DNA of 64,000 nt from an uncultured cyanobacterium (GTDB lineage Bacteria; Cyanobacteriota; Cyanobacteriia; Cyanobacteriales; CAWCAG01). Below are positions 58,352-64,000 of this stretch, piece after piece. Location: contig CAWCAG010000009.1 of assembly GCA_963793425.1 (NCBI GenBank), positions 480,001 to 544,000 on the forward strand, read 5' to 3'. The notes below the pieces were generated by a model. The model was not told the DNA's origin. It did no database searches and saw only the letters and a list, made by a program, of their open reading frames with translations. Made by a program: the position numbers and the translations under genes. How positions within the stretch are numbered: position 1 is the stretch's first letter; each line of letters begins with the position of its first letter.

Positions 58352-59740
58352 ATGGAACTTAGAGCTATCTTTCGTACAGCTAAGCGTTGGTTTTCAGGTA
58401 CTCCAGACCGAGCTTTAGAACAAGCTTACCGTGCTGCTTTAACTATTAAAGCCCTTGAGGATGAATATTTTGATGGGCAGAAAGTACCGACTGATTCTTC
58501 TCAATATGGCGACAGGGTTATCTCCTACTGTAATGCAGAAATCAAGAAAAACTTAAAACTTGCTAAAGTTAGGTTGGCTGAATTTAAAACCAGTAGCTCA
58601 TTTATCAATACAGGAGATATTTATAACAATGACTTAGCTGATATTTATGGGAATTATGATGAAGAGGTTCGAGAAAAAGCAGCGGTTTTTATTGATAAGC
58701 TTAAGTTTATTGATGAGGTTATTTCTAAATATGAAACCCAAAGAGATTCTGCAAAAAAATCCCTTTCTTTGGTTGAGGTTAAGTCTCCAACCAACAAGGT
58801 TAATGTTACAGAGAGTCTACCTAGTAAATCTCAAAATAAGAGTTTAATTAACACTCAAAATAGCAAACTCTCTTTACCAACTCAGTCTCAGAAGTTTGTC
58901 AAAGAAGAAGGAACAAATTTAGAAACTGTTACTGACAAAACAGGAGTTTTACCAAGGTCTATATTGCGTACCCTCAAACGGATCAGGCGAGAAATAGATC
59001 CCCAATCAAGAGAAACAGAAGATGAAGTTATTAAGAAATTTCGCCGTTCTCGCGACAAAACAGCAATTTCTGTTAAATTCCTACTACTTTTGATTATTGT
59101 CCCTTTATTAACTCACCAAGTTGCTAAAACTTTTATCTTGAGTCCTCTAATCAAAACCAACTTTTTCCCTGAAAATAGTGAGGTTGTTTTTGTTAATGAA
59201 GATATGCAAGAAGAAGCTTTTACAGAGTTACATCGCTACGAAGAGAGTCTTCATTTCAAAAGTTTAATTGGCTTAGCTCCAGAAATATCTGCCCCAGAAA
59301 TAGAAGAAAAAATCAAAGAAAAAGCGCAAGAAATTGCTGAAGAATATCGCTATCAGGGTACAGATGTAATTGGCAACATATTTGGTGATATTTTTTCGTT
59401 AGTTGCCTTTGTTTGGATTATCTTAGTTAGTAAAAGAGAAATCGCGATTTTAAAATCGTTTTTAGATGAAATAATTTACGGTTTAAGTGATTCTGCTAAA
59501 GCTTTTTTAATTATTTTGTTCACAGATATGTTTGTTGGTTTCCACTCTCCCCATGGTTGGGAGGTTATTCTTGAAGGTGTTGCTCGACATTTTGGCATAC
59601 CGGAAAGCCGCGATTTTAACTTCTTATTTATCGCCACTTTTCCAGTTATTTTAGACACTGTTTTGAAGTATTGGATTTTCCGCTACCTCAATCGTATTTC
59701 TCCTTCTTCAGTGGCTACTTATCGAAATATGAATGAATAG
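58352..59740 (+). CDS. pxcA: Proton extrusion protein PxcA (CemA family)
   Basis: TP.RALEQAY.AAL.IK, YGLSDSAKAFLIILFTDMFVGFHSPHGWE, ATFPVILDT. Confidence 0.95.
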   Translation: MELRAIFRTAKRWFSGTPDRALEQAYRAALTIKALEDEYFDGQKVPTDSSQYGDRVISYCNAEIKKNLKLAKVRLAEFKTSSSFINTGDIYNNDLADIYGNYDEEVREKAAVFIDKLKFIDEVISKYETQRDSAKKSLSLVEVKSPTNKVNVTESLPSKSQNKSLINTQNSKLSLPTQSQKFVKEEGTNLETVTDKTGVLPRSILRTLKRIRREIDPQSRETEDEVIKKFRRSRDKTAISVKFLLLLIIVPLLTHQVAKTFILSPLIKTNFFPENSEVVFVNEDMQEEAFTELHRYEESLHFKSLIGLAPEISAPEIEEKIKEKAQEIAEEYRYQGTDVIGNIFGDIFSLVAFVWIILVSKREIAILKSFLDEIIYGLSDSAKAFLIILFTDMFVGFHSPHGWEVILEGVARHFGIPESRDFNFLFIATFPVILDTVLKYWIFRYLNRISPSSVATYRNMNE

Positions 59741-59746
59741 ATAATG

Positions 59747-59781
59747 GCTAATTGCTAATTGCTAATTGCTAATTGCTAATT
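59747..59781. repeat. 7-bp STRR (GCTAATT)x5
   Basis: Perfect tandem directly after pxcA. Confidence 0.9.
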
Positions 59782-59812
59782 GGGGTGTATCTCATCAGAG
59801 GGAGTAGAATTT

Positions 59813-59935
59813 GCAGAATATCCTCAAGAGTTTGCAACTTTAGTTAACCAAGGTATGGCATACGATTATTCTTGGCATCAGCCGGGAGAAAACTATTTGG
59901 GTGTTTATGAATATATTCGTTGTCCTCCTAATTAA
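59813..59935 (+). pseudogene. glgA: Glycogen synthase (GlgA) C-terminal fragment
   Basis: Own translation ...AEYPQEFATLVNQGMAYDYSWHQPGENYLGVYEYIRCPPN* matches the GlgA tail (YP.EF..L...GM.YDYSW..PG..YL..YEYIR). Confidence 0.65.
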
Positions 59936-61196
59936 CTAACTCAGGCATCTTTTCGGTCATCTGAAATCGATAGGACATTCCGTAACCCGAACCTTCAAAG
60001 GGAATGCCCCCTGTACGATGAATAAAGCTTAAGAAAGTGAAACTAATCAATAGTTGCATCAGGGCGATCACAACTAATATTTTGATTTTGTTTTGGTAAA
60101 GTTTAGCTAGCCAAAGGTAAGGGTAGGGAAAAACTACAGCTATGTAGTAAGGGGGGACGTTAACTGCGGCTAAAGTAAATGCACCACCGACACCAAAACC
60201 AATTGCTTTGAGGTAAAAACTTAATTCAGACTTTTTGGGGCGGGAATAGTTTCTTGATTTGAACCAGCGATAAAAAGGATAAATACCAACCCCAACTAAA
60301 AATAAATGGGCGGGAATCATTAAATAAGTGGGGAAGCCAAAAATTAAAGGTTCACGGAGAAAGTCACTCCAAAAAAAGTCTTTGAGAGAATAACTTAAGT
60401 TAATTCCTAATGCTCCGGTTAACCATTGAATGTAAAATTTAGGTACGAGCAGTCCCAGGATAGAAGAACGAGAACCTTGTCTTTGGGGAAATACTTCCCA
60501 TAGCCAGAAAATAAAGGGAATGCTACCAATAATTGTTCCTAAAATCCATCCTTCCCAAGCAACTTTTTTGAGAGTATTTTTGTGGTAATCATGGTAAATT
60601 GTCCAGCAAAAAAGCCCCAATGTTAAGAAAAATCCCCCCATATGAATTTGCCCGCTTGATATGGCAGCTATTCCCCACAAAAAACTGCCCCAAAACTTCT
60701 TTCTAAACCAATGTCCCAGAAAAATTAGCAAGCAAAAAGGGGCCATGATATCCGGTATCCAAAGTTTCCGAGAAAGGACGATTGCTATAGGATTAACGCT
60801 GGCGATCGCTAACCCCCATAACCAAGGATTCCAGTTACTTTTAGGAATATTTTTAACAACAAAACCGAAAAAGAACCAAATGGGCAGGATATTTAATATT
60901 TGTACTCCTCTTACCATGGCCACAGGGTCTTTAGCAAATTTGGCAATGACAGCAAAACACCAAACTCCCATTCCAGGGTTAGGAATCCCAATCGAGCTTT
61001 GAATGCCTCCTACGGGGAGAGGTATAGCGCCCGCAGCAATTTGTTGGGCTTGCTGGAACATCCATTGTTCTTCCCACTTCCACTCCATATCCGCTGCCCA
61101 CAGTAAGCGAAGGATCGTTCCTGCAACGAGAAAGCTAATGACACCAATTAGTTGCAAATGAGGCTGCTTAGCCCTTGATACTGTCGGCAACACCAT
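59928..61196 (-). CDS. Multi-pass membrane protein, GT-C (ArnT/PMT-like) glycosyltransferase candidate
   Basis: First TM ending ILRL followed by DMEWKWEE acidic loop, G..SS.G.PNPG, NP.....SRKLW, QIH. Confidence 0.6.
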   Translation of the reverse strand: MVLPTVSRAKQPHLQLIGVISFLVAGTILRLLWAADMEWKWEEQWMFQQAQQIAAGAIPLPVGGIQSSIGIPNPGMGVWCFAVIAKFAKDPVAMVRGVQILNILPIWFFFGFVVKNIPKSNWNPWLWGLAIASVNPIAIVLSRKLWIPDIMAPFCLLIFLGHWFRKKFWGSFLWGIAAISSGQIHMGGFFLTLGLFCWTIYHDYHKNTLKKVAWEGWILGTIIGSIPFIFWLWEVFPQRQGSRSSILGLLVPKFYIQWLTGALGINLSYSLKDFFWSDFLREPLIFGFPTYLMIPAHLFLVGVGIYPFYRWFKSRNYSRPKKSELSFYLKAIGFGVGGAFTLAAVNVPPYYIAVVFPYPYLWLAKLYQNKIKILVVIALMQLLISFTFLSFIHRTGGIPFEGSGYGMSYRFQMTEKMPELVN

Positions 61197-61270
61197 GAAC
61201 CTTTGCTAAGTTGAATTCCAGAAATCATAGCAAATTTGGTTCAATCTGTTTATTTTGAGGTACTGAAAAC

Positions 61271-61308
61271 AAAAAGTTGGGTTCCCCTTTTTCAGTTAAC
61301 CCAACTTT
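61271..61308 (-). terminator. Rho-independent terminator of the sigma factor gene
   Basis: Minus strand AAAGTTGGGTT...AACCCAACTTTTT. Confidence 0.65.
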
Positions 61309-61358
61309 GTATTTTGTATTTTGTATTTTGTATTTTGTATTTTGTATTTTGTATTTTG
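61306..61358. repeat. 7-bp STRR (TTTGTAT)x7
   Basis: Seven perfect copies just downstream of the sigma factor stop. Confidence 0.92.
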
Positions 61359-61363
61359 AAGTT

Positions 61364-62254
61364 TTACACAGCTAATTCTTGAAGCTGGTAAGCATTCCTT
61401 CTCAACTTTCTCATGGCTTGGGCTTGAAGCTGACGTACTCTTTCCCTGCTAACACCACAGCGTTTGCCAACTTCTTTTAAAGTCATCTTTTTGCCGTTCT
61501 CTAAACCAAAACGTAAAGCGATGATTTCTCTTTGATTTTCTGGTAAAGTTTGTAATAAGTCTCTAACTTTAGACTGTAATTCCCTTTTGGCGACAATTTC
61601 TCCTGGAGAAGCAGAATCATCAGGTAGAAGCGCTTCTAACTCAGTTTGATTGTCTTCCTTCATTTTCATGTTTAAGCTACCAGGACGAGAAATACGGGCA
61701 GCTTGGCGAATAGAACGAAGCTTTTTGAGGGAAATATCCAAGCGAGAAGCAATCTCTTCTTCTGTAGGTCTTCTGCCTAATTCTTCGTTAAGTTCGCGGT
61801 TGGCTTTCTTAATTTTGTTAAGTTGTTCAGTAATATGAATTGGGAGGCGAATAGTACGTCCTTGATCAGCGATCGCCCTTGTCATTGCTTGGCGAATCCA
61901 CCAGTAGGCATAGGTAGAAAGTTTGTAACCTTTAGAAGGGTCAAATTTCTCGATACCCCTGATTAAGCCTAATGTTCCTTCTTGGATTAAGTCGAGTAGA
62001 GATAGACCTCGCTTTTGATACTTTTTAGCAATGGATACAACTAAGCGTAGGTTAGCCTTGACCATTTGGTTCTTAGCTTTGTTTCCTTGATAGATAATAC
62101 GCTTTTCTTCTTTGGTTAGGTCTTCTTTTTCCTGCAAAGGCAACATAGCCTTAACTTTTTGTGCCAGTTCGGTTTCTTCCTCTGCACTTAGTAAAGGGGT
62201 GCGGCCAATTTCTTGGAGATAGGCTTGCATGGTGTCGGGAATTGATTTACGCAT
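61364..62254 (-). CDS. Group 2 RNA polymerase sigma factor (RpoD/SigA family, no region 1.1)
   Basis: [56 protein letters not shown]. Confidence 0.95.
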   Translation of the reverse strand: MRKSIPDTMQAYLQEIGRTPLLSAEEETELAQKVKAMLPLQEKEDLTKEEKRIIYQGNKAKNQMVKANLRLVVSIAKKYQKRGLSLLDLIQEGTLGLIRGIEKFDPSKGYKLSTYAYWWIRQAMTRAIADQGRTIRLPIHITEQLNKIKKANRELNEELGRRPTEEEIASRLDISLKKLRSIRQAARISRPGSLNMKMKEDNQTELEALLPDDSASPGEIVAKRELQSKVRDLLQTLPENQREIIALRFGLENGKKMTLKEVGKRCGVSRERVRQLQAQAMRKLRRNAYQLQELAV

Positions 62255-62578
62255 AGATTGAGAGGCTTTCTGTTGTTGGGTTTACTAAGGAAATAGAAAA
62301 TTATGATTTGGTTTTAGGAATACTTACATGGAAGAAAAAGTCTTAATATTTTATATATGTACTAACAATATACTTATTATAGCTTGACAGCCGTCAGATG
62401 TAAACTTACATGAAGTAGTAAGTGGGGAAATTTGTTTTTCTTGTAAAATAATCCCTAAGATAGAGAAAAGCTTGAGGAAAAGGGTAAATTGCTTTTTCTA
62501 TGGATAGTCTAGAAACAATACAGAGACGCTTTTAAAAGCATCTCTATAATCTCTACACCAAGACTTAAAATCAAGCTT

Positions 62579-63133
62579 TTAAGCAAGGCGAGTTTCTAGA
62601 TATTGACCGATGGTAATTTCTTCTCCGGCACGAGAAATAATTGTCTGTCTGGTGCGATACTTGTCACCAATGAGCTTAAGTTCTTCTTCAAATACAGAAC
62701 CCTTATACTCTGTTCTTAAAGTCATAGTGTGGGGATTAATAAACTTGAAACTTGCAGTAACAGGTTTGTTGGTTGCGAAGCCGCGATCGCGATACAAAAT
62801 GCTATCGGATATACCAAAGGTTGTTGAACCAACAGAAGGCTTACGACTTGTACCAGTGTAGCTACTTTCCCAAGTAACTTTACTTCCCCCCATCAACAGC
62901 TTCGCATCTTCAAGGTTATGCAGATTTGCTAGTTCCACAAGTTCTGAACTACCTTGTTCAAGGAATTGAACCTTAATCTTACTTATTACTTCTTGGGCTT
63001 CACCATTTTTCAATGTATAGTAGCGTCTTTGGGAATTCCACTCACCTTCAGAACGGCGGAAAAACTCTACTGCTAAAGCTTCAGCCGATATCCGAGCAAT
63101 TTTTGCAGGTGATTGCATAGGGTCAAACCTCAT
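62579..63133 (-). CDS. CpcS/CpeS-family phycobiliprotein lyase-like protein (probably CpcV type)
   Basis: FF..S.G.W.SQRRYYTL, LYRDRGF, TEY.GSVFEEE, R.RQTI, GQYLE.R. Confidence 0.8.
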   Translation of the reverse strand: MRFDPMQSPAKIARISAEALAVEFFRRSEGEWNSQRRYYTLKNGEAQEVISKIKVQFLEQGSSELVELANLHNLEDAKLLMGGSKVTWESSYTGTSRKPSVGSTTFGISDSILYRDRGFATNKPVTASFKFINPHTMTLRTEYKGSVFEEELKLIGDKYRTRQTIISRAGEEITIGQYLETRLA

Positions 63134-63508
63134 TTAAAGTCAAGAGTGCATAATACCGACACTTTTGTCAGGTGATTGCTTTAAAAATTAACATTTGTTA
63201 ATATTATAGCCCTCTCCTTAAAGAATGACAATTTATAGGTAAATATCTTCTGAGTAGAAATAAAGCCACCTCGCTGTAAGAATTTCTCAAATTCTGGCAG
63301 ATTGTTATTTATTTTCTGTAAATATTGATACTGAACAATTTTTGCTGTTAATGATTTTCAACTTACAGACTAAACTTTTTAAGACTGCTGCTACTACTTA
63401 AAGCAGAAAGGCTTCAATTTCAGAAATCTCCCAGAACAGATATATAATTCTTGTTTTATCTACTAACTTTACTCCAGTAAATTAAATGCAGAAAGGCTTA
63501 GGCAATTT

Positions 63509-64000
63509 ATGTTAAGTGGGAAAAATAAACTGTTATTGCAAAAAATCTGGTTTAAACTCGCCCTGATAGGCATTTTGGGTTTTTCTCTTGGCTTGCGCTT
63601 CTGGAATCTAGGTAAATTTAATACTTTGGTTTTTGATGAGGTTTACTATCCAGTATTTGCCAACAACTATTTATTAGGTAATGAAGTTTATAATGCTCAC
63701 CCTCCCCTAAGTCAATATATTATTGCCGTGGGAATTTGGCTTGGTTCTCATCTTCCTTTCGGTCAGGAGACGACTAATACTTATTTAGGTTCTTTGCGAA
63801 CTACTTTTAGTTATCGTTGGTTGAATGCTTTGGCAGGGGCATTTCTGCCTCTAGTTATTGCGGCGATTGCCTATCAATTAACAAATCGTCGTCGCTATGC
63901 CCTCGTTGCTGCTTTTTTTGCTGCTTGCGATGGCTTATTCTTAGTGGAATCTCGCTTTGCTTTAAACAATATCTATCTTGTTCTTTTTGGTTTATTAGGG
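63509..64000 (+). CDS. Dolichyl-phosphate-mannose-protein mannosyltransferase-like (PMT, phospholipid carrier-dependent GT); 5' part, runs off the window end
   Basis: Own translation MLSGKNK...LRFWNLGKFNTLVFDEVYY...AHPPLSQY...SYRWLNA...DGLFLVESRFALNN. Confidence 0.88.
   Translation, partial: MLSGKNKLLLQKIWFKLALIGILGFSLGLRFWNLGKFNTLVFDEVYYPVFANNYLLGNEVYNAHPPLSQYIIAVGIWLGSHLPFGQETTNTYLGSLRTTFSYRWLNALAGAFLPLVIAAIAYQLTNRRRYALVAAFFAACDGLFLVESRFALNNIYLVLFGLLG

Noticed and set aside
982..62861. Many 60-126 aa ORFs overlapping recognised genes (e.g. 982-1164, 22005-22310, 33175-33471, 34238-34618, 42237-42539, 60661-61002)
   Set aside because: Antisense or off-frame shadows of well-supported genes, with no recognisable motifs

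Overview
AT-rich cyanobacterial chromosome segment. Evidence: many HIP1 GCGATCGC octamers, 7-8 bp short tandem repeats (STRR-type), and the genes psbP, pxcA, ccsA, CRR6 and a bilin lyase. Most of it is housekeeping: cobM, lspA, bioY, dnaG, dnaJ, accD, maf, aldehyde dehydrogenase, pap/PPK2, a galE-GT-sugar transferase-gmd-fcl surface polysaccharide cluster, pilT2, wecB, a MoxR operon, gpmI, amt and a group 2 sigma factor. Small accessory patches and many gene scars are interspersed. No rRNA, tRNA, CRISPR array or intact transposase was recognised. Best leads: (1) a single-copy NsiR1-like sRNA (GGTAGATGCACCCTG plus terminator) behind a correctly spaced TCCGGA-N18-GTA DIF1-type promoter next to cobM, not in a hetF-linked array; (2) a compact operon of pterin glycosyltransferase, NUDIX hydrolase and TmpR-like pteridine reductase, suggesting a dedicated pterin-glycoside pathway; (3) two xisH-xisI pairs in which XisH is independently destroyed and XisI intact, a toxin-antitoxin-like pattern; (4) a Yfr1-complementary site over the RBS of the sugar transferase; (5) a KGK-domain protein with a recently expanded, very acidic 40-aa repeat tail; (6) pilT2 coupled to a KaiB-domain protein. 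All family assignments come from motif recognition by eye; no searches were run.
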